DNA from: Perna viridis
Taxonomy: Eukaryota
Assembly (NCBI GenBank): GCA_037379345.1
Contig: CM074517.1
Span: forward strand, 14,880,001 to 14,944,000
Reading direction: 5' to 3'
Length of the DNA stretch: 64,000 nucleotides
Numbering within the stretch: the first letter of the stretch is position 1; the number at the start of each line of letters is the position of its first letter. The notes beneath the pieces are model-generated. The model worked only from the letters and a program-made list of their open reading frames with translations, searched no databases and was not told the DNA's origin. Positions 14,347-27,354 of the stretch are shown piece by piece. Both the position numbers and the translations under genes were made by a program.

Positions 14347-14702
14347 GTTATATGCTGTGGTTGTCAGGCTATAATACGGAAAACCTGAGCGCAAACCATA
14401 ATGGTGCACCGTGTTGGGAAAGATGCTACGTTCCTCGCACATTAAAGAACCCTGCTGTGGTATTCGATAGAAGTAGGAACCTTTGCGCTCCGCCATAGGA
14501 AGCTAAATTACCCGACCCTACCCATCCCTCCCTTTTTCCTGTGACAATCAAAATTTGTCGACCCTATTGTGCTTGTGTCCCATCCCAGTTTTCATCATCA
14601 TCATTTCATGTTCATTGTATCCTCCCATTTCATGTCCTTCGCCTGAAAATAGCTGAAATATTGCTGCTCGGGCGTTAAACCCCAACAATCAATCAATCAA
14701 TC
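14347..14702 (+). mobile_element. 5'-truncated copy of the same retroposon, with a (CAAT)n tail
   Basis: Colinear similarity to the reverse complement of about 30645-30980, e.g. GGTGCACCGTGTTGGGAAAGATGC and GCTGAAATATTGCTGCTCGGGC. It ends in CAATCAATCAATCAATC. Confidence 0.85.
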
Positions 14703-14770
14703 CTGGTCTTCGTCCCTGGATAACATTCTTTTGATTTCCGCTAGAATATTTGTTCCCTTGATTACTCTTT
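14703..14770 (+). mobile_element. Terminal fragment of the Penelope-like tail abutting the retroposon's tail
   Basis: GTCCCTGGATAACATTCTTTTGATT...GTTCCCTTGATTACTCTTT. Confidence 0.65.
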
Positions 14771-15968
14771 CTCTAAAAAAACGCTAGTGTTCATGCAAAC
14801 GATGTGCGTTTTCGGTATATCTGCTTATAAAATAGTTAAACTTCAAAAATAGAAGATAAATTAATTTTGAGATACACTAACTGGATGTACATGTACGGGG
14901 ACATTATTAAAATTAATGAATAATTAAATAAGCAAAAAACCATAACATGTTATTACTACACGATGCTTTGTATGAAAATGTAAGATGAAATTTGAATTGA
15001 TATACTTTGGACAAAATAATTAGGCGATCTGGTGTTTTGTTATCTAAAGGATTTAGCCCATGATATTTCTATGATTAATCCTTAAGAAGGACATGTCGCA
15101 AGTTTGATTATAGTTCTCAAACAAAATTAAAAAAACGTGATTATATATATTACACAAGGCGTCTGTTACATGATGAAAATTGTTTTTTTCCTCACTCTCT
15201 TAAATTCGTTACTGGCTGTTGTAATACTGACCAATATTTGTGCCAATATTTTATTCAAAAACCCTTTCCAGTCTATTTATTTTTTTGCATATTAAGAATT
15301 TAGGACATGATGTATCAAAAGTTGTTGCCGAGTTTATGCAAATGTTATCATGTTGCTACTATATAAGTAGGAAAAAATATACCTTAATTCATGGTATTTT
15401 TGCAGTAGTTTTATGACATTTTGTGATTCTCTTGGGCCGGTATCTAAAAAAGGGTCATAACAAGACAAGCATCATATATTAGACATGTGAAGAAATTTCT
15501 GTTTGTAATTCTCTTAAAACAACAAAATTGCTCAAGGTGTGTATAGTTAATGTTTTTAAGTGAAAATGTTATAGGAAGATAATGAAACTACAATCACTAT
15601 GAAGAGTTTAGGAGTTAACATTAATAAAGAACTCCCTCCAAGTTTGTTGTGAAGTCTTTATTTTTTATCCTTTTTCATTCGGTATCATTTTTCTTTATGT
15701 TTTCTTTGATACTTGATTATCGAACTATTAATATCAATTTGAATGTGTTGACTCAGTTTTAGATTAAAACATTCTAAATTACTAAGTCTAAAGAAGTTTT
15801 CAATAATTGTCGTAGGTGCTTTCGAAGGTTCCGCTCAATTCATCTAAATAGACGACTTCGTTTTAAATCATGATATCCAATCTCTCTTAATAGAATAAGC
15901 CGAGTTGTTTTCCGAACGACTGTACAAATGTTTAGTTGTTTTGAACAGAAGTTTAGTTTGTTTTTTTT

Positions 15969-16143
15969 ATGAAGTCCGAGTTGCTCATTTCTTTTGTTTT
16001 GTTTTGTTTTGTTTTTCCGTACGTGTTATTTTGGTTATTACATATTCTTTGTAGTTGTGTGTCTGTTTTCCGGTCTTGTTCTTTATCCTTGGATTATATT
16101 CTTTTGATTTCTGCTCGAATCTTGGTTCCCTTGATTACTCTTT
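15969..16143 (+). mobile_element. Truncated 3' tail of the Penelope-like family
   Basis: AGTCCGAGTTGCTCAT...CTTGGTTCCCTTGATTACTCTTT. Confidence 0.7.
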
Positions 16144-16721
16144 CATATGAAATATAACAGTTGATACACATTATTTTGTGAAAATAGTTTTTATATATCA
16201 TATGAACATATCAAAGGTATTATTTCTCGCAAAATGACAAATTCATAGTGCCTAATTCAAAATTAACAATCAGAGAGACCTATTGCAAATTCCGTAATGT
16301 TTTACACTTGTTTCTGTAGTAAATTGAATTTTAAAAGTTATCATTGGACAAATACTTCAAAGGAAACCACGAAGAAATTGTTTTTTTTATCAAGTTAGGA
16401 ATATTCTACAACAACTCATTAAGTGGCCTTTAATTTATGATACGCCACAATTCGTTAATTCATACTATTAATTATGATACAGTGTCGACAATGTGAGCTT
16501 AGCAAGAAAATTATGGAATGATAAAGTCAAATAAATATAGGCTGAAATAAGTTTCATTCATTTTATAATTAATGTGAATATAAGAAAAGATATAAAAATA
16601 TGTGTCATTTAGATAAAATTGGATAATGATACCTATTGTTCTATGCATTTACAAATGTTAACTTTTTAAGACAAAACGGCCTCTGTGGTAGAGATCGACA
16701 GTTTTCTCCTCAATACTTTTT

Positions 16722-16757
16722 GTCCCTGACGAAGGCCGTAGGGCCGAAAATTTGGGC
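16722..16757 (+). ncRNA. Minimal type-I hammerhead-ribozyme-like motif
   Basis: CTGACGA (16726-16732), an extra A, stem II GGCC-GTAG-GGCC, then GAAA (16746-16749). Stem III is the palindrome AATT and stem I is GTCC/GGGC. Confidence 0.5.
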
Positions 16758-17269
16758 TCATATTTTTCAATATTTTTACGTTTTATTCATATTTTTTGTA
16801 TTGAGTTTCTTTTTTACCTTTTATACGTGGCTATACTTCACTAATTCATTATTCGTATGTCGTAGGAAAATAAATTGAAACAAGATAACAGTCAAAAAGG
16901 TTTTGGAACTCAATTAACATATATATGCAAGTAGTCCCATTGAAAAGGAAATCATTTCCGAGTTTCTCATCTGGAAGCCACTCACAGAATTACTACAATG
17001 TAAAACTCTATCGAAAATATAAAAAAAATCAAGAAACTATAACTCAGAGCCATCAACTTGACTTCACAAAGAGAATACAGAAAAAGACTAAATTAACTCG
17101 ATCCTGTTATTCAATGTCTTTTTTCCTTCGCAAAAAATGCATGTATCAAATTTTGAACAAATGAAGTTAAAATGCATTATAACTACTTATTTTACCGATT
17201 TTGACTTGTGGCATATTTTTCCTCCCTATTGGTATCAAAATATACCAGAAATAATTAACTGTAATGGAA

Positions 17270-17430
17270 GAGGGGTATAGCATGCTATAAAGCCTGATTT
17301 AAACACCCTTCATTTTGGAAAGCTTGTACCAAGTCAGGACCATTGCGGTGGGGTCCAACTTTCCGGTTTTTACCCTGAAACTGCCATTTTAATATAAGGG
17401 CATTCATTTTAATTATTCCTTTTAACTACT
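17270..17430 (+). repeat. Dispersed repeat (TG(T/C)ACCAAGTCAGGAC family); further copies at ~41900-42070 (+) and ~20375-20465 (-)
   Basis: TGTACCAAGTCAGGAC at 17325, TGCACCAAGTCAGGAC at 41919, and reverse TCCTAACTTGGTCCAG near 20392. Confidence 0.55.
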
Positions 17431-17679
17431 GCCTAGATTTTATCAGTTTGTATCAGTTCAGTAATTTTGTTCTCCCCCTTCATTTTAAAAGACTCTTGGT
17501 TGGGACTGTTAATTGTTAAGCGGTCATCTTGTATCTAATTGTTTTATTGTATTTTTATTAAGCTTAGTGTATATTTCATTGAACATTTTTCGAATTAAAA
17601 TCGTGTTATACTAAGGTGAAAATGCTTTTTCGGAATTGTTTGCTGTAGATAGTATTTAAGGAACATCTTAGGGTAAAGA

Positions 17680-19090
17680 CTATAGGACATGTGCTTATAT
17701 CAAAGAGCATCCTCTTACGATGCAATTACTAGGAAACATTACTTGAAAAAAAAAACATATGCAATATCAATATGAATTGGTGTTGACCAAGATCATGGTC
17801 ATAGTTCCTGACTTATCAATTAATTAGTAACATAATTCAAGAAAAAAAAAGACTTTCGGTAATATTTAATAATTTATTCCTTTTGTATAATATAAAAAAT
17901 TATCATGAACAAAAATATTAACAAACTAATTGGTAAAATTTTACAAAAAGTGATTAGTCGAGACAAAAACGATAAATTAACTACAACCAATAAAAATACA
18001 AAGAGAAAAAAATGCAATGTAACCTGTTAAAGAGGCAAAAGACAATTAAGAGAAGAGCTGTTCCAATTAAACGTATTCATAATTGTATGACAAAACAGAG
18101 TAACAATGTGAAAGGGAAACAGAGATAAGAATATATTGATACGTAAAATATATAGACGATTCAATTAAAAAAAACTTATCTTTATCTTTCGTATGTTAAT
18201 TTTGTTATCTCTCTCTTGTTGAAGTGAAAACAACGTTTTGATTTAATCAAATTTTATGAAGTCACAGATTATGTGGGACTTCGACTATTTGTTATATTTC
18301 GATTCATTACATTGATATCTTTTATAACATCCCTCTAACGTGTGTGGAAATGTGTTTTATTCGCCAATCGTTATGTATATACATATAAATAACTCTAATA
18401 ACATCCTTTAACTGTGCGATTGCTAGGATATGTTCAGAGTAAAACAAAAAAAAAGACAAATATGCATTAGTGTTGCCCAAAGGCATGGTCATGGTTCCTG
18501 ACTTTTTAATAAATTAGAAAAATTATTTAGGAAAAAGCCTTTCGTGTGATGTTCAATAATTCATTTCTTTCCATAATATAAAAATTTATCATGAACAAAA
18601 ATATTAACAAACTAATTAGTTTAAAATTATAAAGTGGACTAAACCACAATAAATAAATCTACAGCCATTAGAAATTGAAAGAAACGAATGAATCGAGGCA
18701 AAACAATAAAAGAAGAACAATTCCGATCAAAATATACTTTAAAACTGTATGACAAAACAAAGTTACTGCCTTGCAAAGGAAACAGAACACAGAACATAAA
18801 AATGTGTAAAAAATTTATTACGTTATTCCGAGGATTCAAAGTTCATTTCATTAAAAACAGTTTTTCTAATGATAGTTTTTGTTTTATCTTTCCCTTTGGA
18901 GTAAAAAAAAACACGTTTTGATTTACACAAGAATATTAAAACAAACTTCATTAGGACATCAACGATGTGGGACTTCGAATGTTTTATTGAATTTCTATTG
19001 CATGTCTTAGTTGGTTACTTGTTATGTTAGGTCATGACACCACTCTGATATTTGTAGAAATGTGTTTTGTTTACCAATCTCCTCAGATAT
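17680..19090. repeat. Old ~700-bp tandem duplication (2 copies)
   Basis: Both halves share colinear anchors: CATGGTCAT(A/G)GTTCCTGACTT, TTATCATGAACAAAAATATTAACAAACTAATT, ACGTTTTGATTTA, ATGTGGGACTTCGA and GAAATGTGTTTT. Confidence 0.85.
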
Positions 19091-19520
19091 AGAAAAAAAT
19101 ATCTAATTCAATTTATCAGTAGTTGACAAAAATGATTTTACTGTTAAAAGAGTAAAACTGTTTTTAATAATTTGCCATGAATATCATAAATAAAACATTA
19201 TTAAAAGTGTTTAATTTTGTTGCAATAGCAAATTAAGTGACTATATTCTCATTTAGAATGTAGACTTCATTTAAAAAGAAGATCAGGAGCCCTACGATGG
19301 CAATCTTAATTGAAAATTTAATACTAATGAACACCAAATGAAACCAATAATAATGATTCAGCATTATGGTCTTTCCGTTTGAAAGAGACGTAGATCTTAG
19401 AAATTGGTTGTTGACAATGCACAAGTTAAAAAAAAGCTAAATTTCAAAAGAAAAACATTGAAAAAAATCTCATTCCATGCCGTTTCTTAGATAATGGGAA
19501 GGTTTAAAAATCTGAAAAAG

Positions 19521-19648
19521 GCGCCGATTTCACAAAAAGTCGCAAGTGTAAAGTTGATCGTAAGTAATGACCTAACAACCTAAAATAGCATTGTGACGTC
19601 ATAATTTACGATCAATTTCACACTAACGACTTTTTGTGAAATCGACGC
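19521..19648. mobile_element. 128-bp MITE with ~45-bp imperfect TIRs (PIF/Harbinger-like)
   Basis: GCGCCGATTTCACAAAAAGTCG...GTTGATCGTAA versus TTACGATCAAT...CGACTTTTTGTGAAATCGACGC. Confidence 0.8.
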
Positions 19649-22155
19649 AAGGTATTTCTATAGTTTCTAGTAAACCAAAACATACTTCCTATTGAAACAT
19701 TTATACATATCTTGAACAAAAATAAAACAAACAAATATCGGACATGACAAAAATCTTTTAAGTAGAAATACAACAAAACAAAACTCAGCTTTTTAGATGA
19801 AACCACGAAAGGACCAGCATGACCTAGATACTACCTTAGAGCTGAGTTCTCCGTACCGTTTCTATTAAAGTATAAAATTATCTTGAAAATATACTATTAA
19901 ACTAAGTTTGATAAAGCTACAATTTCACTCTGTATGTAAACCAAATGAAACACTAGTGAAGAGTATATAAAAAGTGTGAAAGAAAATACAAAAAAAAAGG
20001 ATAAAACATAAAACATGAAAAAGGCATACTGTAGTATACAAGACAAAGATTAAGGGTTAGAACTAATCATTAAAACTGCAGGTTTATATACAGGGTGTAT
20101 CTTTCGAATATTACTGTCAATGCGACAACCAAATCTGAAAACCCTGAGATCAGTTATATCAGGTCGCAAAAAGTTTGCTCCATTCTTTCACAGTTGCGAC
20201 TAAAACAGTATGGTATAATATGAACCATTTTAAAGTTTTTAAAACAATGAAGGATGAAAACAAAATTACAGAATCGAAAAACTTTATGCAATAAAAAGTC
20301 AAAAGGGAAAGTCAAACAGAAAAGTATAAAAAGTATTTAAAAAATGGCAATGTCAAGATATAAATCAGTACTTTGAAAACTGCCACAATCTTCCTAACTT
20401 GGTCCAGAAATTCCGGACAAAAATGGTGGGATAAACGAGATTTTGTAGCGTGTTAAATACCCTGCTTGTGTATTTACAAAACCCCAAAATAATGTTAAAC
20501 TAAAATGTTTTAAGCCTACTTCAAATTTAAATTTTATACATGAATTATTATCCAAATTTATTTTAATTACAATATCAAACTCTTTACATTTATTTTTATA
20601 ACGATTTAGAATCTAAATTAATCTTCTTTTTTATTATTTAAAAAAATACGAGCGAGTACATTGATTTGACATATAATTTCTAAAATTCTGATTTCAATTT
20701 TGATTAAAAATTGTTCGAAATACGACCTCTACATCGGTCATACCGATTCAAATATTGTTATCGAAAGGAACTCAAATAGGATATTGCTATCTAGAGAAAA
20801 AATTCGACGACAGAGAAACAACAAAAGAAATTCTGCTTTGATCAGTATTAGAATTCGATGTCGATATTGTAAGTCGAATTGGACTCTTGGTCAAGCTTCA
20901 AAATAATATTTAAAGCATATAATGGATTGATATGTTAATGAAATATATATAAAGCGTCAAAGCAAATGTGAAAATATAAGCAACTTGTATTAAATAGTTA
21001 AACAGTTGCGTTTATTTTGTATAATTTTATAAGATATGGTTTTGATTAAGCTATGGTAATTTGTTATACAAATGATATACTAAAACAAACCGCAAAACTG
21101 CAATGGACCTTATGTGTGTAGGATTCTGTATCTTACCATACGTGTTTCTTAAAAGTTCCCACCAAAACTTGGCATCAAGTTCTCCCTACTTTTATAGATC
21201 AAAGAGAGCAAACAGATGCACTATGGAGAGAACAAGTTGAAAATATTTTTACCATTTCACAAATCATCTGCAGCATTCGCGGTATTATTGGAACAAATCG
21301 TTCACATATAAAAACTGTTTGAAATAGAAAAACTTGAGCAATAAAATACAGGATGTTTAAGTGCATTTTTCTGTTCCCCAGCCGTTCAAGATGTATGATT
21401 GTCATCTGAAAAGGGGGTTTATTACCCTTTAAACATAAACTAGATAGAAAACGTCATTATCTAATATATTTTCATAACGCTATCCACCTTCTTAACACGT
21501 CTCAACACGGAGTTCGTTGAGGACAGCTGAAAGAGCTATTTTCTCCTTTTGTTACATTGCTTCATTAATGTCTTTGGTAAAGAATATAGTAATGATTTAC
21601 ACCGTTTAGGTTATCTGTACGATAATAATTTACAGAAATTGTTTCGTTTGGGAGGTTCCTCCAATCCACCTTTTTTGTAAAAGGTGACACGTTATAATTG
21701 TACGCGTACAACATTCTTGGGTCCGTGTAATCACGCCATGGGTTGAAACGGATGTGGAATGATACTGTTGGCAAAAATTCAATGAAAACCATGAAGAAAC
21801 AGTAATCAGGACACGAATTTAAAACACTAATATAAGTCTGAGAAAAAGATACATAGAAATAAAACATTATAAATGTATAGTAACCCATAAAAAATTTTAT
21901 AAAATATATTGAACTGATATAAGATAGGTTCAACCAGCCAACAACATAAGGAGATCGGACCATATGCTTCTTGTGGTAATGGTCACCACAGTATAAAGAA
22001 GACACAATTTAATATCCCGATTCTTCCTTTACATGTATAACAGTTTACAACATGTATTTTCTTGCTCTGTTATTTTTAAAATATTTTCTATAAACTTACT
22101 AACTAGTTTCGAAAGAAATGATATGGATTTGTTTTTCAGATATGTCTTTGGTATA

Positions 22156-22458
22156 TCAGTAATGACCGTTATAGTGTTTCGGTCTCTGAAGGAATAACCT
22201 CAATCATGAGGTGCACACTAAATTACCTGTGTAGCAGATTATTTTCAAGTGTGCACCACGGGCATTGGGGTTTTTTCAAATAGACCGAACAAAATGTAAC
22301 AGTTATTCCTAATATTTTAATTTAAGTATCAAAATTCAACGAGTCAAATATTAAAAAAAGAAGTTTGATGACGTCAAAATCATTACAAAAATTTGGTCCA
22401 TGAGATGATAACGAAATATTTTATCCAATCAGAATCCGAGTTATGAAATGAAATTATT
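22156..22458 (+). mobile_element. Non-autonomous palindromic element, copy 2
   Basis: Shares TTATTTTCAAGTGTGCACCACGGGC, AAAATTTGGTC and TTTTATCCAA with 2569-2871. Confidence 0.75.
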
Positions 22459-22758
22459 TAAAAAAAAATAACATTTAATTTATCATGAACTTTCATCTTA
22501 GTTTTGTATGTAATACAATGAATGGACTAACACAATGTGTATAAAATTGAATTATATAGATGCATGTATTTATGTAACTTTATTTTATTTTAAAAGCCCT
22601 AATCAGTCTCTCTGAATATATACGTATAATGCCAGTTCCTTGTTTTTATCATGTTTTATCAATATATATATATATTATTTTTTGATAGATATTCGTTTTG
22701 TCCCAACTTTATTTGATATACCTCCTAAGTCCCAAGAGTGTCCTCAGACTGTTTATTT

Positions 22759-23180
22759 AAAGGAAATTAAGAGAGAATCATAATTTGAACGGTCATCAAA
22801 AAGAACATTACCTAAGGATAATGACTAGACAATTAATGAAAGCAGACTCGCACACAACAAAAAAAGAAAACATAACCAAAACAACAAACACTGAGAAACA
22901 TATAAGCAACCAAACTCCGAAGCAGCTCCAATTCCGTACCGTTGACGTTCCTCCAATAATCACTGCACAAACTCCAAAACAGCTCCAGTTCTGTACCGTT
23001 GACGTTCCTCCACTAATCACTGCACAAACTCCAAAGCAGCTCCAGTTCCGTACCGTTGACGTTCCTCCACTATTCTGGAATGGAAAAGGTAGTGCAGGCA
23101 TGGAAAAGACCAATGCTCCGGAGTTTGATAAGCAACCCGGACTTCACTTAAAACTGGGAGAATGGACGGGGTGCACCGAT
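22759..23180 (-). mobile_element. Diverged Penelope-like tail interrupted by a tandem-repeat insert
   Basis: AGCAACCCGGACTTCACTTAAAACTGGGAG...GGTGCACCG and GACTAGACA match the reverse complement of the family. Confidence 0.55.
22911..23073. repeat. 57-bp tandem repeat, about 2.9 copies
   Basis: Units CAAACTCC...CCGTTGACGTTCCTCCA...CACTGCA start at 22911, 22968 and 23025. Confidence 0.95.
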
Positions 23181-24118
23181 TATAACATGGGGAAAGTTTT
23201 GCGTCTACATTAGGGCTTAACATATGAAAATGTTATAGAAAGTTATAATTATAGTCATGTTTAAGGTTAATTAGTGGATAAACGATTACTACCTGTTTAT
23301 TACTTGCCCGGAATTTAAAATAATGAAATTGTTCAACTTTATGTACTCGGTACAAATGTACTTACTACACTTTAAAGGAGTAGAAATAGCATGGACACTT
23401 TACCAAGTTAAATCACTTTATAATGATTTAAAACATGTCGAGTAAAATCCAAAAACTTAGAATCATATACATTAAAATGAACAACATACGTATGTACTAT
23501 CCGAAAACTGAACTGTTTTATTTTAATCAAAAAATCCATTAACTTAACTATGGAAGCAATTAAAACATTCAAATCTATATTTATTTCCATATTTGAAAAA
23601 GCAATATGTTTGGATCAGAGTGATTTGAAAGAATCAAAATATTTTTTCTACTATCTTCAATCTATCAATTATTTTTTCAAAAAGGTCTGTACAAATATAT
23701 TTATTTTTAACAGCCCTCCCCCAAATCAAATGGTCGTCCCAATAATATAAAAGATAATATAAAAGTGAATTTCATTGTTTGAGTAAATTACAATATTTTG
23801 AATGAATTAAAAAAACTTCTCAGGAATACTGCACGTTGCTGTTGTATAACTTCACTTCAGAGGCGTCCCCTAAACAAATGACATATACTAAAATAACGTT
23901 TGGTCGTTGGTGCGACGGACAAAATGACGTAGGGAGTAAGGGCCAAATGGTATGGTCATTGAAAAGACAATAGCAGCGTTAATACTATCATTTCACCTCT
24001 CGTAAATATCATCATATGAATTACAGTATATTAAAACCCAATAATCCGAACTAGTGTCACTTTAATCCCCGGATTTACCGGCCTGGTAACTGTCGTATCC
24101 AATGTCTAAGAATCAAAT

Positions 24119-24496
24119 TCGGACAAACCTATCCTAAGTGATACTGTCTAAGTCTATACGTCTTGTCCTATTACACTTGGACATTTCTATCCTAAGGGTG
24201 ATACTGTCTAAGTCACTTCATCTTGTCCTCTTCATCTCGGACATTTCTGTCCAAGGTGTGATACCGTCTAAGTCACTACATCTTGTCCTATTAAGTCTCG
24301 GGCATTCCTATCCTAAGTGTGATGCAGTCTAAATCGCTACATTTCGTCCCTTAGACTCTGACATTTATGTCCTGAGTGTCTAATCACTACAGCTTGTCCT
24401 ATTATGCTTGGGCATTTTTGTCCCGAGTGTGATACTAAGTCATTTCATCTTGTCATATTCAACTCTGACATTTCAGTCCTAAGTATGATACTGTCT
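24119..24496. repeat. Degenerate ~60-bp tandem repeat, about 6.5 copies
   Basis: Recurring GGACATTTCT(A/G)TCCTAAGTGTGATACTGTCTAAGTCACTACATCTTGTCCT. Confidence 0.9.
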
Positions 24497-24670
24497 GGTC
24501 ATATTCAAAAGACCATAACGTTTATAGTATACGTCTGATTGGGCTGATTTTTGTCTAGAAATTATTTACTGTATATTTTGCCTGACTTCTATCTGCTTTT
24601 TAATGTGGTAATAACAATAACGAATAAAATAGTGTGAATTGAACCAGCAATTCAAATAAACTACACACAC

Positions 24671-25022
24671 GCATACACACAAATAAAAGTAGTAACGTCA
24701 CAAAGTCTTCAATTCAACAACAACAAAAGCACAAATGTAGAAAAGTAAAAACAAAGACAAAGAATGTTAAAAGAACTAATTGTAGAATTTCTGACTATTT
24801 CTACCTTCGTAGAACTTTCGGTAAATAATAGGTTCGGATTATCGTATGCATACACACAAAGAAAAGTAGTAACGTCACAAAGTCTTCAATTCTACAACAA
24901 CAAAAGCACAAATGAAGAAAAGTAAAAACAAAAACAAAGAATGTTAAAAGAACTAATTGTAGAATTTCTGACTATTTCTACCTTCGGAGAACTTTCGGTA
25001 AATAATAGGTTCGGATTATCGT
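24671..25022. repeat. Recent 177-bp direct tandem duplication
   Basis: GCATACACACAAA...GGTTCGGATTATCGT occurs at 24671 and 24848 with only a handful of substitutions. Confidence 0.95.
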
Positions 25023-27354
25023 CTGTTTATATACAGATTAAGCTTTTTTTTAAAAAAAAAAAAAACTATTTTTCGACACAACTGTTTTAGATGGTAACAA
25101 AGAACAACAGGTTTCTCCTGATTTTGATATTTTACCTATAATGTACCTTAATACGAGAAAAATGTTGAAGACTAAAACCATGAAAATGGGATAAAAAGAC
25201 AAACATTATGTACCATCCGTTGTATTTATGATACGTTCGTAACTGATTGCGTCACCTTGTCTCATCTTCATTTTATTCGAGGATATAATGCAAATTAGAA
25301 AAAATGGCGTGATTAGAAAATAGAGACAATTTGGATTTCGCATTGAGTTACATACACCAAATAAAAATGTAAATTACAGATCTGTACAATTACATTAAAA
25401 AGAATATTAGGACATAAATCGTGCTGGGTTTCCGTCGGAGAAAGGGAGATGCTGGCACATTTCATACGTCCATACTTATTAAGATAAAAGACAGACATGA
25501 CCGGGTTAACGCAGACTTGAACTCCGGACAGATTTCTTATTAACAGTGATTTACTTTCTAAGCTCTTCCCTCATTATGGACATGTGGTAAGGTATTATTG
25601 GAAGAAAACTCCAAATGCATGGTTATAAATCTACGTCGCGTTGATGGAACAAGACAGTCGAATCTCGTATCTCAAATGGCCGCGGTTCCACTCGATAATT
25701 TGTCGAGAAAACAATTCAACACCATTCTTTGTTTATGAGTTGAAATTGAATTTTGTGGTAAAATTGACTTTGTTTATGGTCGCCAATAATTGTACGTTAC
25801 CCTTTTACAGACTGTAATTTGTAATTAAAGGAACCTTAGCATTTTATAATTACTCATACAGAACTTACAGGAAGATGGAGATAGTCTGTCTTTTTCGCTA
25901 GGGGAAACAACTCTACCACGCCCGCTACATGTACATTACATGATATTATATTTCCGACTAATGATTACGGTGTTGTACATTTAAATTTTAACGCCTAACT
26001 TTTAGATTCGATATATTTTTTCTGTATCAAAAACTATTATAAAAAACCACCAGCAGATTATAGTTTATACAAAATGTCACATAATAACAATACGCTATTT
26101 TCTAATCCTTTTACTGAAAGCGGTGCCCTTCATACATTGCTTACAAAGAGTTCCAGACAAAGACTTGAATTATTAATGCCTTAAGCATGTACCTAATTTC
26201 TTTGTAATTCTAAAATTATTAAATGTAAAAAGGAGGAAGAAGTAAAACAGAATTTGGCTTTGACAAAATGTGTTTTTACGAAAAGTACTTGGCTATGCGT
26301 CATTTTTCTTTGAGATGAAAATGATAATAGGCATGTAAATTAACATTCTATTCCCCTCAGTCTTTCAGCCTATTCACCATACACAATTGGGTCATTTTTC
26401 AAGGGAGTTGGGAGTTTTTTACGCCGTGTAAACTATTCCCCTTTTTACAATTTTACGATATCCTACATACTATATATATACATGAATATTCTGTGTTCCG
26501 CATATCTCAGCACATGCACCGATATTCAGAATTCGCTGAAGCGACTCAGCTTCATGTATTTATAGTTTTAAATATGTTTGATGCTTATGCTTCAAATATC
26601 ATCAACAGAAAATTATTGCGTATATATCAACATTCCATGAAGTATTTCACTCTGTAGAGTGCTTTAAGTAGTTGTAACACATACAATATAACCAAAGCTG
26701 ATAAATAACCAATACATTAGTTGAAGGAATTTAGAGGCATGATTATAATTACCTGATAAATAAAATTATCTTTTATCCAAATAATATGTGTATGTTTTAA
26801 TTTGAAGAAGTACAATTGTATCTGTTTTAATTTCCTTTTATAACGTTTGTTAAAGTTCTTATTTGCGAACAAACAAGACATCAGGACAGTACTAATAAGT
26901 ACGCATAAAACGCATTATGAACAAGTCCAGAACACCCCAAAATAGATTTCTTAGTACATGTGAATAAACGAAATGCAACCGACTCCATGAAATATAAATC
27001 ATCGTACTTCCACGAGTGAAACAGTTGTAGGATGTGTGATGAGAATAAAGCCTTAAAGGCCATAGGTTGAGTCCTATACTTTGATTAAGTATAGGCATTA
27101 TTACGTCGAGTGCTTGTAAAATTTATATTATAAATAATATTGGTCCATTTTTTTTTATTATGATGCGACCACATCTCTAGAAAAAATGTCCGTTGAGTTG
27201 ATGTACTGTCAAGCAGACGGATACACAAAGCTAGCAGAATAATGATATTCATACATAATAAAATACTAACGACACGAAGTGATAACAACACGGTTTCAGA
27301 ATGATTATAAATTATGTTCCATATTCTATCTAATTGAAAATATTTATAATTTTG

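Noticed and set aside
22785-23223. Overlapping repetitive ORFs (QTPKQLQF...)
   Set aside because: Open frames on both strands arise from the 57-bp (in-frame) tandem repeat inside a TE remnant.
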